The notes under the pieces: model-generated
What the model saw: only the letters and a program-made list of their open reading frames with translations
Told to the model about the DNA's origin: nothing
The model's database searches: none
Shown here: positions 36,841-46,330 of the stretch, in pieces
How positions within the stretch are numbered: position 1 is the first letter of the stretch
Layout of the letters: every line of letters starts with the position of its first letter
Program-made: the position numbers and the translations under genes
Source of the DNA: Patescibacteria group bacterium
GTDB taxonomy: Bacteria; Patescibacteriota; Patescibacteriia; UBA10025; JAHIVO01
Reading direction: 5' to 3'
Assembly (NCBI GenBank): GCA_041660605.1
Contig: JBAZWB010000001.1
Location: 814,503 to 878,502, forward strand
Length of the DNA stretch: 64,000 nt

Positions 36841-37092
36841 CTATCCTTCAATTTTTTTCAACTCATTTTCAATCTCATGCGCCAGGCGGTTGCCGATCCC
36901 ATTAATCCTCTGCAGCCCAACCAGCCAACTGCGGGCATAAATATCATCCAGGCCCTCATTTAGACTCTCAATCGCACGTGCCGCCCGTGAATATGCTAAA
37001 GCCCGAAATCTGTAACGCTCCCCCTTTGAGATGAGGCTGGCGGCTTTTGAGCTGAAAATATCAGCGATTTGTTTGTTTATTTCCGGTATCAT
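36841..37092 (-). CDS. Stand-alone PolX N-terminal helix-hairpin-helix (HHH_8-like) protein
   Basis: NKQIADIF, FRALAYSRAARAI, INGIG. Confidence 0.75.
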   Translation of the reverse strand: MIPEINKQIADIFSSKAASLISKGERYRFRALAYSRAARAIESLNEGLDDIYARSWLVGLQRINGIGNRLAHEIENELKKIEG

Positions 37093-37095
37093 TTA

Positions 37096-37854
37096 TTACA
37101 AACTGCTTCTAATATTTTCGAATAATTGCAATTCTTCCTGGCAATAATTTTTTGGAATTAAAGTCTGGGCAACTCGGTCACTCGGAGTTTCAATACTGGC
37201 ATCCATAATGCACCTGATATTGTCCACGTGATCCACTCCTAACTGATGCCCAAATTCATGGAGAATGGTTGAAGTATAATAAGCGTCCATAGCAGCCGGA
37301 TTGTTTCCGACTAAATCTGCCAAGCGCTGAGAAAATACTGCCATGCCGTTCTCATACACGGTTACCCCGATATTAGATGAATCATCCGCAAACCTGTTCA
37401 GGCATAAAATATAAAAAACTGCCGTATCACCACGGGTTTTCCGGCTTTGATGGGCATCAGATACCCTCCTGATGTCTTCGGCGGTATAACTGTCCTGGGT
37501 CAGGGGAATTGTCTGCGAATCGTCAACAGCAATGCCCAGAGGTTTTTCAATTACATCCTGAATCTGCGCTTTGATTTCTTCTATGACGGAATCCGGTACC
37601 GTACAAAGGTCAGAATTGTCTATTTCAATTAGTAATTTTTCATACTTGCCGTTCAGCAGATAATCAGTTTTCCCATCACCATCCCAACGCAGATTAAAAG
37701 CTGTACGTAGATAAGGATAGCGTGCCAGTTTTACCCGGACATTATTATTGAACCAATTATCGGTATTGCTGGCATTGGCGCTATATCTAAAAATAATAAA
37801 TATAAAAAGCAGTATGACAAATATACTCAAACCAATTGTCAGTAATTTCTTCAT
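37096..37854 (-). CDS. Membrane-anchored zinc metalloprotease (metzincin-like)
   Basis: HEFGHQLGVDH followed by the CIM Met-turn. Confidence 0.85.
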   Translation of the reverse strand: MKKLLTIGLSIFVILLFIFIIFRYSANASNTDNWFNNNVRVKLARYPYLRTAFNLRWDGDGKTDYLLNGKYEKLLIEIDNSDLCTVPDSVIEEIKAQIQDVIEKPLGIAVDDSQTIPLTQDSYTAEDIRRVSDAHQSRKTRGDTAVFYILCLNRFADDSSNIGVTVYENGMAVFSQRLADLVGNNPAAMDAYYTSTILHEFGHQLGVDHVDNIRCIMDASIETPSDRVAQTLIPKNYCQEELQLFENIRSSL

Positions 37855-38186
37855 AATTTGAAACTCCCTCTTTCGCCACCCTCCATCTCAGTCCATTCCT
37901 CCGCTGACTCATTCCATTTGTAAGCCTTAAAGGTCTGCGTAGTTTCTGATTCAGAATATATATATTCAACTTTTGACTGACTGCCGATTCTGCGTGAACC
38001 AATGCCTTTTTTATCCAGCACCAACGGTCTGGTCGTTAACTCTAGTTTCATTTTTCCTAATGGACCTTTAAAAATAATAAAATTGACATAACCGGGGTCT
38101 TCTTCCAGATCCCTTTTCCCGTCTTCCATAACCTCAAAACTATCTTTGATTTGACCGACTATCTCTTGCCATTTTTCAGTATTCAT
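37851..38186 (-). CDS. Hypothetical protein
   Basis: Likely start MNTEKW; its stop overlaps the next start codon. Confidence 0.75.
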   Translation of the reverse strand: MNTEKWQEIVGQIKDSFEVMEDGKRDLEEDPGYVNFIIFKGPLGKMKLELTTRPLVLDKKGIGSRRIGSQSKVEYIYSESETTQTFKAYKWNESAEEWTEMEGGERGSFKL

Positions 38187-38237
38187 AATTTTTTCCGTCA
38201 ATATTAGCCTGACTAAATAATAGTCCACAAAATGACA

Positions 38238-38675
38238 TTAGTCAAAATCTGCCTGTCTTTTGGCAATAAAATCATGAGCCTTTTTCAAAACCTCATTAAC
38301 ATGCGGGAAAGAGGGCAGCAGCCTGGCCTCGTCGTATGGCAGCCAGGCAAAATCGAGATTCTCAAAATCCAGCTTTACTTCTTTTGTTTTGCTTTCAGCC
38401 AAAAAATACACCGCTTCCTTAAACCTAGGCTTGGCTTCATTTTTTCGTTTATAAAACCAGGGTACCGCTACCATAAATCCTGGGATAAAATCAAAATCCT
38501 TCAAGCCAGTCTCCTCAAGGATTTCACGCCTGGCCACTGCTTCCAGGGTTTCACCGGCTTCGATGTGCCCCCTGGGAAAGTCCCACCGAAAATGCCTATA
38601 CTGCAGCATTAAATATTCTATTGTTCTATTCTGGCGGTAATAAATTACCGCACCAGCTGATTTTTCATACGACAT
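38238..38675 (-). CDS. NUDIX hydrolase (Ap4A hydrolase-like)
   Basis: SAGAV, WDFPRGHIEAGET....RREILEETGL. Confidence 0.92.
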   Translation of the reverse strand: MSYEKSAGAVIYYRQNRTIEYLMLQYRHFRWDFPRGHIEAGETLEAVARREILEETGLKDFDFIPGFMVAVPWFYKRKNEAKPRFKEAVYFLAESKTKEVKLDFENLDFAWLPYDEARLLPSFPHVNEVLKKAHDFIAKRQADFD

Positions 38676-38754
38676 ATTTTTCTATAAAAGAAAAATCAGG
38701 ACTACTACTTCATTGATGACGATAATGGTCCTGACTTTCCTAAATGACAACAGC

Positions 38755-38892
38755 TTATTTAACTACCTGCCAGATCACCACCGCGGCGACTATTATCACT
38801 ACTACCACGGCAATCCACATGCCGGCTTTGCTTTTGCTGCCGCCAGCCGGAGTTTCCGGCGTTGGCTGCTGTATTGGTTGATTTTCGTCCAT
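38755..38892 (-). CDS. 45-aa single-TM protein (below the ORF-track cutoff)
   Basis: Hand translation MDENQPIQQPTPETPAGGSKSKAGMWIAVVVVIIVAAVVIWQVVK; fills the gap and is followed by a hairpin with T-tract. Confidence 0.7.
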   Translation of the reverse strand: MDENQPIQQPTPETPAGGSKSKAGMWIAVVVVIIVAAVVIWQVVK

Positions 38893-38935
38893 AAAAAAGG
38901 CCTTTCTTATCGCTTAATAATCATCTTATCTAGGC

Positions 38936-39505
38936 TTATTTTACCCTAAATATTTTACCGTGTCCAGGTATGATAAAATCAGCCAGATTCAATAATTTCT
39001 GCCGGCTGGCGATAAGTTTTTTCATATCCGTCGCGTATTTATCCTCTGAGTTTACGTCAACTTTCTGTTCCTGGCCATCAACCCAATAGAACACATCGCC
39101 GGCAATGATAACCATGCCTTTATCTGTCGTCACTGCTAAAGAGCAATGTTCAAAAGCATGGCCAGGTGTATGGATGATGGCCAGCTCGGTACCAGGGACA
39201 AAACCGTCATGCCTGATAATTCTATCTCTATCATATATACTGTCATTATCAATTAGTTTTGCCTTTGGAAACCAGGCAGCTCCAAAAGCGTGATCTGGAT
39301 GATAATGTGTCAAAAAAATATAATCGATATCCTCCGGCTTCAGGCCGTGCTCTTGCAATGACCGGGCCAAAGGTTCCCTGGCTATGCCCGGATCAACTAT
39401 AATATTCAGATCTTTTTCCTGAACCAATACAGCAGTTGAGCTGGCACGCTCTTCAGTTTCTGTTTCAATTACATACCCCTCTGTTAATATTTCTATTTTA
39501 GCCAT
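38936..39505 (-). CDS. Metallo-beta-lactamase fold hydrolase
   Basis: THYHPDH, TPGH, AGD, PGHG. Confidence 0.92.
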   Translation of the reverse strand: MAKIEILTEGYVIETETEERASSTAVLVQEKDLNIIVDPGIAREPLARSLQEHGLKPEDIDYIFLTHYHPDHAFGAAWFPKAKLIDNDSIYDRDRIIRHDGFVPGTELAIIHTPGHAFEHCSLAVTTDKGMVIIAGDVFYWVDGQEQKVDVNSEDKYATDMKKLIASRQKLLNLADFIIPGHGKIFRVK

Positions 39506-39528
39506 AATATTTTAAATTAATGCAATAT

Positions 39529-40287
39529 TTATTTATCATTAAGCCAGTTTATCACTTCCTTTGATAAAATATTTATCCTTTTTTCTCCGCGCAGGGTATG
39601 CCCGCCATCCTTGATTTCCACCAGCTTTTTTGGCGAGGTTAAAATATTGTAAATACTTCTAAACCCATCCTTGTCCAAAATTTTTTCTTTGGTTCCATAG
39701 ACCACCAATGTCGGACATTTAATTTTTTTAAGATAATAGTCAGGCTTATATTTAATCCCCTCTTTATAAAAATTGTATCCAATTCTCGCCCACCGCCGGT
39801 AAGTATGAGTATATCTCCACATCCAGCCTAGCGCTTTGTAAAGCGGCATAAAAACTCCGTTTTCTATTTCCCGTCGTAAATTATACACCGGTCCCTGCAA
39901 TATCAGACGATTGATGCGCTTATCGCTGGCAGTAATAATATAGCTGGCCATAGCGCCGATGGAATATCCAGCGAGGATACAATGAGTATGGCCGGTTTTT
40001 TTCAGCGCGTAATTTATTACCTCCCTAATGTCATTGATATAACCGCCAACAGTAAAATTCAGCATTGACCCGTCACTCCCCCCAATGCTATTGGTGGAAG
40101 TAAAACGATAGGTGTCATATCCTTCCCGAGCTAAAGCTTCGGCTACTAGTTTGATTTGCAGTTGTTGGTGAGTCACCCCCAACCCGTGGCAGAGTACTAC
40201 CGTTTGTCCGGTTGAACCCACCTGCCATTCCCTGATCCCGCGGATAGTCAGACCTTTTTTGTTTTTTATGGCAATTTTCTGCTGCAT
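39529..40287 (-). CDS. Alpha/beta hydrolase
   Basis: LCHG, GYSIGA, GGH; start MQQK because the longer N-terminus runs through a REP-like hairpin. Confidence 0.85.
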   Translation of the reverse strand: MQQKIAIKNKKGLTIRGIREWQVGSTGQTVVLCHGLGVTHQQLQIKLVAEALAREGYDTYRFTSTNSIGGSDGSMLNFTVGGYINDIREVINYALKKTGHTHCILAGYSIGAMASYIITASDKRINRLILQGPVYNLRREIENGVFMPLYKALGWMWRYTHTYRRWARIGYNFYKEGIKYKPDYYLKKIKCPTLVVYGTKEKILDKDGFRSIYNILTSPKKLVEIKDGGHTLRGEKRINILSKEVINWLNDK

Positions 40288-40319
40288 ATGATAATTTTTT
40301 AGACAAATACCTACGTGTA

Positions 40320-40357
40320 TAGCGGTAAGCCCTCGCTTACCGCCCAAGTAATAAGAC
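40320..40357 (+). repeat. REP-like palindrome, copy 1
   Basis: TA-GCGGTAAGC-cctc-GCTTACCGC-CC...AATAAGAC. Confidence 0.8.
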
Positions 40358-40369
40358 TGCTGTATGAAC

Positions 40370-41257
40370 CTAATATATTAAATATATTCCAATTATAATC
40401 GCTGCGATCGATAATACTTTCTGGATAATTATACGCTTATTGACCACTTCAAGCCGAAACCTCGGAAAGAGTGATGCCAATAGTATACCCCAAATAAAAA
40501 TGAAAATGTACTGTACTGAGACGACCGTTTCGACAAGTGTAACAAACCATACCGAGCTGGCAGCGACAAATAAAAGCGAACCGGCGATATTAAATGTCTC
40601 ACTGATAGCGCTCAGGCCGATGTACCGCTTCTGAATGCGCCGAAAAGTCTTACGCAGTTCTTTGATGAAAAAAAGTAAAAAAAGTATACCCGTGCAACCA
40701 ATAAATAATTTCACATATCCAAAAACCTGCCAGTATGAATAGTGGATCAGCAGATATTTATTAATAATATAGGAAAGTGAATAAAGGAAAGTTCCGCCAA
40801 TCATTAAACCAAAAGCTTTACTTCGGAAAGCGTCAAAAACATTCTGGCGTACCAGGAGGGCCAATGAAGCGATAGCAATCATGGCAATGCCCAGATATGT
40901 CTGAATAGAAAAAATTTCTCCGAGGAATATCGCGCTCTGTAATGAAAGGAAGACAATGGTAAAAGCATACAACGGTACGACCCGTGATGGCTCCTCGCGC
41001 TGGATGGCGAAGAAATACAGTAAAGTCGCCGTCATATAGCACGCGCCAGAACTGATTAGCCAAAACCAATCCAGGCCATGAATATCAGCTGGCACGAGTG
41101 CGATAACTATTACGCCGACAACCAGCTCATAGCAAACTGAAATTGAGGCTAAAAAAATCGGGTTTTTTATAAACCTGCTGGCATTCGCCTTATCGATAAT
41201 ATTTCCGATCGACCAGACAAAACCCGCGGCCAGTGAAAGTAAAAAACCTAAAGACAT
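40370..41257 (-). CDS. EamA/DMT family transporter
   Basis: About 10 TMs in two repeats; IFLGE. Confidence 0.85.
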   Translation of the reverse strand: MSLGFLLSLAAGFVWSIGNIIDKANASRFIKNPIFLASISVCYELVVGVIVIALVPADIHGLDWFWLISSGACYMTATLLYFFAIQREEPSRVVPLYAFTIVFLSLQSAIFLGEIFSIQTYLGIAMIAIASLALLVRQNVFDAFRSKAFGLMIGGTFLYSLSYIINKYLLIHYSYWQVFGYVKLFIGCTGILFLLFFIKELRKTFRRIQKRYIGLSAISETFNIAGSLLFVAASSVWFVTLVETVVSVQYIFIFIWGILLASLFPRFRLEVVNKRIIIQKVLSIAAIIIGIYLIY

Positions 41258-41311
41258 AATGTAATTAAAAAATTAATGCTCATTGCGTCACAGTTTAAAA
41301 CCCCCATATGG

Positions 41312-41369
41312 GTAGCGGCAAGCCCTCGCTTGCCGCCCGGGAATAAGACGAAAGCGAGAGATTTCGTCT
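41312..41369 (+). repeat. REP-like palindrome, copy 2, with a second hairpin
   Basis: GTA-GCGGCAAGC-cctc-GCTTGCCGC-CC...AATAAGAC, then AGACGAAA...TTTCGTCT. Confidence 0.8.
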
Positions 41370-41396
41370 GTCTCTTTTATAATTTAAAATCTTTTA

Positions 41397-41948
41397 TTAG
41401 TTAAATATCCCCGTAAAATCCCACAGTGCCAGTAAATTATTCAGGTGCTTTAAACTAACGTTTTTCCTTTTTAAACTTTCTAAAGCAACCATTATCTTTG
41501 ACCCGCGCCAATCCTGCAAAAACTCCGTGAGCAGAAAACGACAAATGAATTCTACGAAATCCTTACGCGAACCCACGTAGTGTACTTTTTTTGCAGCCAG
41601 CTTATCAATTATCAGACACAATCGCTTATCCTGGGTATATATCGCCCATGAACGGTCAATGCCCTTTTTAATTTTCAATTTTCTTGCTTGAACCAAAAGC
41701 GTTGCCGCATTTAAAGTCCCTTTCGCTAAACCAGTGATAGTTGGGATGACTAATGCCCGCCACTTTTTAAGTTTAAGCGAAAGCATGAGTTTTAAAATAA
41801 ACTCATCCATTTCTTTAGGCGTACCTATTACTTTAATCTTATTCCTGCTTTTGGCAATGCGCACAAGAATTTTAAATATTTTCTTATCCTCTTTGCTGTA
41901 AAGAGGATACAACCATTCGGGTGGGTAAGGTTTATTCTTGTTTGCCAT
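41397..41948 (-). CDS. Basic hypothetical protein with an internal two-fold repeat
   Basis: Likely start MANKNKP; overlaps the end of rarA. Confidence 0.7.
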   Translation of the reverse strand: MANKNKPYPPEWLYPLYSKEDKKIFKILVRIAKSRNKIKVIGTPKEMDEFILKLMLSLKLKKWRALVIPTITGLAKGTLNAATLLVQARKLKIKKGIDRSWAIYTQDKRLCLIIDKLAAKKVHYVGSRKDFVEFICRFLLTEFLQDWRGSKIMVALESLKRKNVSLKHLNNLLALWDFTGIFN

Positions 41949-43248
41949 TTTTATTGCGATTATTTTTTTCCTGATAATACTTTTTCCCAACTAATTTCTT
42001 CGGCAGATAGTCCTGTCTCCCCTCTTCCTTAGAATAATCATGCGAGTATTTATAATCCTTGCCATAATTCAAATCCTTCATTAGATCCGTCACTGCATTT
42101 CGTAAATGTAACGGCACCGGTTCGTTCATGGTATCTTTGACATCCTTCTTGGCATTCAGCAAACCGACGTAGGCTGAATTGTTTTTCGGCGCCTTGGCCA
42201 GGTAAACCACGCCGTGCGCCAAATTTATCTGGCACTCAGGGTAGCCGATCAGTTTCACAGCGTTGAAAACGTCCAAAGCAATACGCAATGCACCCGGATC
42301 TCCCATACCCACGTCTTCGCTGGCAAAGACCACCATGCGCCTGGCGATAAACTCCGGATCTTCCCCCGCCTCCACCATCCTGTTCAGCCAGTAAAGCGCA
42401 CCGTCAGGGTCAGAACCGCGCATGGATTTTATAAAAGCGGAAATGACATTGTAATGCTCCTCGCCTTTTTTATCATACTGCAATGCCTTGTGCTGAAGTG
42501 AATCTTCTATGGTTTTTAAGTCCAGGTGCTTAGCCCCCTTGGAATCGGCTTTTGTGGCTTTTACCGCTATTTCCAGGGCATTTAACGCCGTCCTAGCGTC
42601 TCCATTTGCCCCTAGGATAAGGGTATCTAGGGCTTTTGGCATAATTACCACTTTATACCTGCCTAAGCCCAAATTTGGGTCTTTAAGGGCTCTTTTTATA
42701 ATACGGCTTATTTCTGGTACTCCGTGCCTTTTCAGCACAAAAACACGTGATCTGGACAGTAATGGCGCAATGACTTCGAACGAAGGATTTTCCGTGGTAG
42801 CGCCAATCAGGGTAATGATCCCCTTTTCCACATACGGTAGAAATGAATCCTGCTGTGCTTTATTCCAGCGATGGATTTCATCTATGAATAATATTGTCCT
42901 CTGGTTATGAAGTTTTCTCCGGTCAATGGCTTCGCCAATCATGCGCCGCAAATCCGCCAGACCGGCAGTTACTGCGCTGGTTTCTTCGAAATATGATTTA
43001 GTCATATTGGCGATGATGCGCGCCAGGGTAGTCTTGCCTGATCCCGGCGGTCCCCAGAATATTATGGAAAAGACCTCATCATTTTCAATCGAACGCCGCA
43101 GGATTTTCCCTTCTCCAATAATTTCTTCCTGCCCGACAAAATCTTCCAGCTTATCTGGCCGGATGCGGTCAGCCAAAGGCGCCTCCAGATGCAGATCACG
43201 CTCCATCCTGGCGTCAAACAAATCTTTTTTTTGCTTAATTTTTTTCAT
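41932..43248 (-). CDS. rarA: Replication-associated recombination protein A
   Basis: PLADRIRP, GPPGSGKTT, DEIHR, ATTENP, SAFIKSMRGSD, ASEDVG. Confidence 0.97.
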   Translation of the reverse strand: MKKIKQKKDLFDARMERDLHLEAPLADRIRPDKLEDFVGQEEIIGEGKILRRSIENDEVFSIIFWGPPGSGKTTLARIIANMTKSYFEETSAVTAGLADLRRMIGEAIDRRKLHNQRTILFIDEIHRWNKAQQDSFLPYVEKGIITLIGATTENPSFEVIAPLLSRSRVFVLKRHGVPEISRIIKRALKDPNLGLGRYKVVIMPKALDTLILGANGDARTALNALEIAVKATKADSKGAKHLDLKTIEDSLQHKALQYDKKGEEHYNVISAFIKSMRGSDPDGALYWLNRMVEAGEDPEFIARRMVVFASEDVGMGDPGALRIALDVFNAVKLIGYPECQINLAHGVVYLAKAPKNNSAYVGLLNAKKDVKDTMNEPVPLHLRNAVTDLMKDLNYGKDYKYSHDYSKEEGRQDYLPKKLVGKKYYQEKNNRNKNGKQE

Positions 43249-44083
43249 ATCTATCTAATGGAAAATTATGATCTACCTGCTCAGCGATTTTCAACCCATT
43301 ACTCAGCATGTTATTCAGCACTTCCAGGGATGGCGCAGGCATAGTGTAGAAAAGTACGGCGCTGGAATCAGAAAAATGAAAAGCGGACACGCCGGAGTTT
43401 GTTATAAGCTCAATCATTACGGGATCAAGCAGCTGCAGCGTGCCCTGCCCCTGGATAATATCCACGTGATATAATTTCTCAAATTGCCCGCTTTCAGTAT
43501 GAATTTCGTCTTTATTTGATACGTAAGTTCGATTGACAGCGAGACTAAGCGGTAGCTTGTGAGTTTCCAATTCCATACACCACCCTTTTATGTACTCTTG
43601 CTGCTGCCCACCAAAACCCGCCAGTCTGCCAAAAACGGCATAAGCAGAATTACTAGCTGTCTGTAGATAACTTCCTGACGGCGGAAAGCCCGTGAAGGAA
43701 TATAGCCAGATTTTTCTTCCTCCAATAGTACCCTCGACAAATGGATCATTGTAATTGCTTGATTTGATCTTACGCGCACCAAAGTATGCTTTATCAGGAT
43801 TATTTTTTATCCGTTCTGATTGTTTTACTCCTGCTTTCTCTACAAAAATTAAATTATTAAATGCTGACCATTTTTTCAGCATTTCTTTCCATGAATGCGT
43901 ATTATTTATCCAAAGGAAATAAAGCACTAATGCAACTACGATAAAAATAAAAATACCCTGTACAATATCTAAAAGATCTTTATGGCTATTTGATATCGCT
44001 ATGCCAATCAAAGTAAAAAGAAAAACTACAATGACTGTAGCAATCCATACGATATTTTTTCTAAACCAAACCTCTGCTTTCAT
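43235..44083 (-). CDS. Hypothetical membrane protein (paralog of 44469-45254)
   Basis: Two N-terminal TMs; TESGQFE, LQLLDPVM, FSDSS, AEQVD.NFPLD. Confidence 0.75.
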   Translation of the reverse strand: MKAEVWFRKNIVWIATVIVVFLFTLIGIAISNSHKDLLDIVQGIFIFIVVALVLYFLWINNTHSWKEMLKKWSAFNNLIFVEKAGVKQSERIKNNPDKAYFGARKIKSSNYNDPFVEGTIGGRKIWLYSFTGFPPSGSYLQTASNSAYAVFGRLAGFGGQQQEYIKGWCMELETHKLPLSLAVNRTYVSNKDEIHTESGQFEKLYHVDIIQGQGTLQLLDPVMIELITNSGVSAFHFSDSSAVLFYTMPAPSLEVLNNMLSNGLKIAEQVDHNFPLDRYEKN

Positions 44084-44091
44084 TTTTTCCT

Positions 44092-44454
44092 TTATTTATA
44101 TTCTAATAATGTTTTTTCTAATTCCTCTGGCTTGATAATCTTATCCAGCGCATAATAACTCATGACATCATTTTTATCAGCGTTAAAATCTATACCAATA
44201 CTCGGCTTTTTCCAGGCATAAACCATGCCCACCTCAGCTGTCAGGTCTTTGCCGTAATCTTTTAATACCGCCACGAGAATATCCGACTGCTTGATTAACT
44301 CCACATTAGTTTTAAACATCTGGTCATACGGTACATCCTGCGGGCTGTGCGTGGCTGCACAAAGGACCTCAAAACCGATTTTTGAAATACGGTCGATTAA
44401 TTCAAAATTCAATTGACCAAGTTTATGCGGCGTGCAAAGGAATACTTTTTTCAT
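44092..44454 (-). CDS. Nucleoside 2-deoxyribosyltransferase-like protein
   Basis: IKQSDILVA, T.AEVG.YAW.KP.IG. Confidence 0.7.
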   Translation of the reverse strand: MKKVFLCTPHKLGQLNFELIDRISKIGFEVLCAATHSPQDVPYDQMFKTNVELIKQSDILVAVLKDYGKDLTAEVGMVYAWKKPSIGIDFNADKNDVMSYYALDKIIKPEELEKTLLEYK

Positions 44455-44468
44455 AATTACTTTTACTA

Positions 44469-45254
44469 TTATTTATCCAAAGGAAAATTACGGTCAACCT
44501 GTTCAGCCATTTTTACTCCGTATTCCATGATGTTATCCATGACTTCATAATCCATCTGCGGCTGCGTGTAGCATAAAACTACACTTGAATCGGAAAATTC
44601 CACAGAGGCAATCTTTGAATTATAAATTAATTCCATCATAACTGGATCAAGCAGCTGCAAGCCCTGGATGCCTGCATCCTTGTTGATATCGTAATCCCTT
44701 TCAAATTGTCCACTTTCCGTATCCATTTTATCTTCACCCTCAAGAAAGCGCCGCGACACAAGCAAATGGAAAGGTATGGTATGAGTGGAAAATTCAAAGC
44801 ACCAGCCATAAAATACCCTTTTTAAATCATGAGTTTTTTGCGATGAGAATGGTATGCCCAGTAGGTAATTTTCTTTTTGGTTGACATAAGTGCGGCTAGT
44901 CCCAACACCGCTGCCTGGTACAGCTTCGCCCACGATTTCATAAATCCACACTTTCCGATTTTTGTATTTTCCTTCTAAAAATGGCCCGTCATCCCTGCTG
45001 TCCATTACCTGCCTGGCTTTATAATAGTCTTTACCGCGATTTGCTGCGAGCCTGTCAACACTTTTGAAAACATTGCCTGCCATTGATAAACGCAACCCAT
45101 AATTTTCTGCCCAATGGCTTAATACCCCCACTGACATTCTCTTTTTTTTCTTAATACGATAAAATAACGTTATGACGGAACTTATTATTATACCAATTAC
45201 AAATAAAGGATAAATGATCGTAAAAAGTATTTTTTCAAAGCCCGCGTCGCCCAT
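44469..45254 (-). CDS. Hypothetical membrane protein (paralog of 43235-44083)
   Basis: N-terminal TM; shares C-terminal motifs with its paralog. Confidence 0.75.
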   Translation of the reverse strand: MGDAGFEKILFTIIYPLFVIGIIISSVITLFYRIKKKKRMSVGVLSHWAENYGLRLSMAGNVFKSVDRLAANRGKDYYKARQVMDSRDDGPFLEGKYKNRKVWIYEIVGEAVPGSGVGTSRTYVNQKENYLLGIPFSSQKTHDLKRVFYGWCFEFSTHTIPFHLLVSRRFLEGEDKMDTESGQFERDYDINKDAGIQGLQLLDPVMMELIYNSKIASVEFSDSSVVLCYTQPQMDYEVMDNIMEYGVKMAEQVDRNFPLDK

Positions 45255-45258
45255 GATT

Positions 45259-45804
45259 CTAAAAATAAAATTTAGTTCTCCCCTTTTTCTTCATTAGCAT
45301 GGAATTATATCTCGGACCCAAAATAAAATCCTTTGTGCCAATACCAATCCTTTTATAAAAATCAACAATCCGTTGGCGATTAGCTTCTGTGTTACGACCC
45401 TGTATTTCAACTTCCATATAATTTCCCAAGCCCTTAACTTTATCTAATACAATTTCTAAATCGTCTTTCTTATAATATTCCCGTTGTTTATCTACAACTA
45501 CCTCTTTTATAGCTTTCATCTTTTCCAGCAATTTTAAAGTAACCGGCAAACTATTAACAGTTAATTCAATTTCTTCAGCAGCGACATCATTAAATGCAGT
45601 GTCATATTCCAATGTAACCATTTTTTCTTCAACATTATGGCGCACTCTGACAATACTGCCAGTTTTTTTATTCAAAGGCCGTTTATATAATGAATAATAA
45701 AAATCAATCTGGTGCAGTTTCTTAATCTTTTTCGCGCCAAGAATTTTCAACCGGCGTCTAATTAATTTAAAATCTTTTGCTTTTGCTTTAATTTCAATTT
45801 CCAT
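45259..45804 (-). CDS. CYTH domain (class IV adenylate cyclase-like) protein
   Basis: MEIEIK, Q.D.YY, RVR, LDKVKGLG.YMEVE. Confidence 0.9.
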   Translation of the reverse strand: MEIEIKAKAKDFKLIRRRLKILGAKKIKKLHQIDFYYSLYKRPLNKKTGSIVRVRHNVEEKMVTLEYDTAFNDVAAEEIELTVNSLPVTLKLLEKMKAIKEVVVDKQREYYKKDDLEIVLDKVKGLGNYMEVEIQGRNTEANRQRIVDFYKRIGIGTKDFILGPRYNSMLMKKKGRTKFYF

Positions 45805-46330
45805 GTTTGTATTTCGCTAAAATGAATTCATTCAATAATTTTCCGTCTTTTTTTGTATGTTGAATCAATAGCCCTTCCTTTTTAAAACCATTTTTAACCA
45901 ACACTCTTAGTGACGCTTTATTCCTGGTAAAAACATAAGCATAAACTTTACGCAGTTTAAATTTCTTAAATCCCAAGGCTGTCATATCAGCGACTGCGCT
46001 GGACATAATCCCCTGACCCCAATATTCCCTGGCCAGCCAGTAACCAATTTCTGCCTTGTGTTCTTTTTCAATATTCTTAAGGCTGATACCCCCTGACACT
46101 TCTCCGTCAACTTCTATGGCCAGATTATAACTGCCTGGTGATTTGCTCTTGTATCGCCGTAAAATTTCTGTTATCCATTTTTTGGCGTCCTGCTCTTTAT
46201 ATGGATAAGGTATGTGCAAGGTGTTGCGATAAATATCGCGATGGTTTATTTTCCTGACCAGAATTTTATAATCCGACTTCTTGAACGGTCGCAACAGGTA
46301 ATTAATTTTATTCTTTATTTTTTTCGCCAT
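45794..46330 (-). CDS. GNAT acetyltransferase (RimJ/RimL family)
   Basis: PYPY, AEIGYWL..EYWGQGIM, N.AS.RVL.KNGF..EG. Confidence 0.92.
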   Translation of the reverse strand: MAKKIKNKINYLLRPFKKSDYKILVRKINHRDIYRNTLHIPYPYKEQDAKKWITEILRRYKSKSPGSYNLAIEVDGEVSGGISLKNIEKEHKAEIGYWLAREYWGQGIMSSAVADMTALGFKKFKLRKVYAYVFTRNKASLRVLVKNGFKKEGLLIQHTKKDGKLLNEFILAKYKHGN

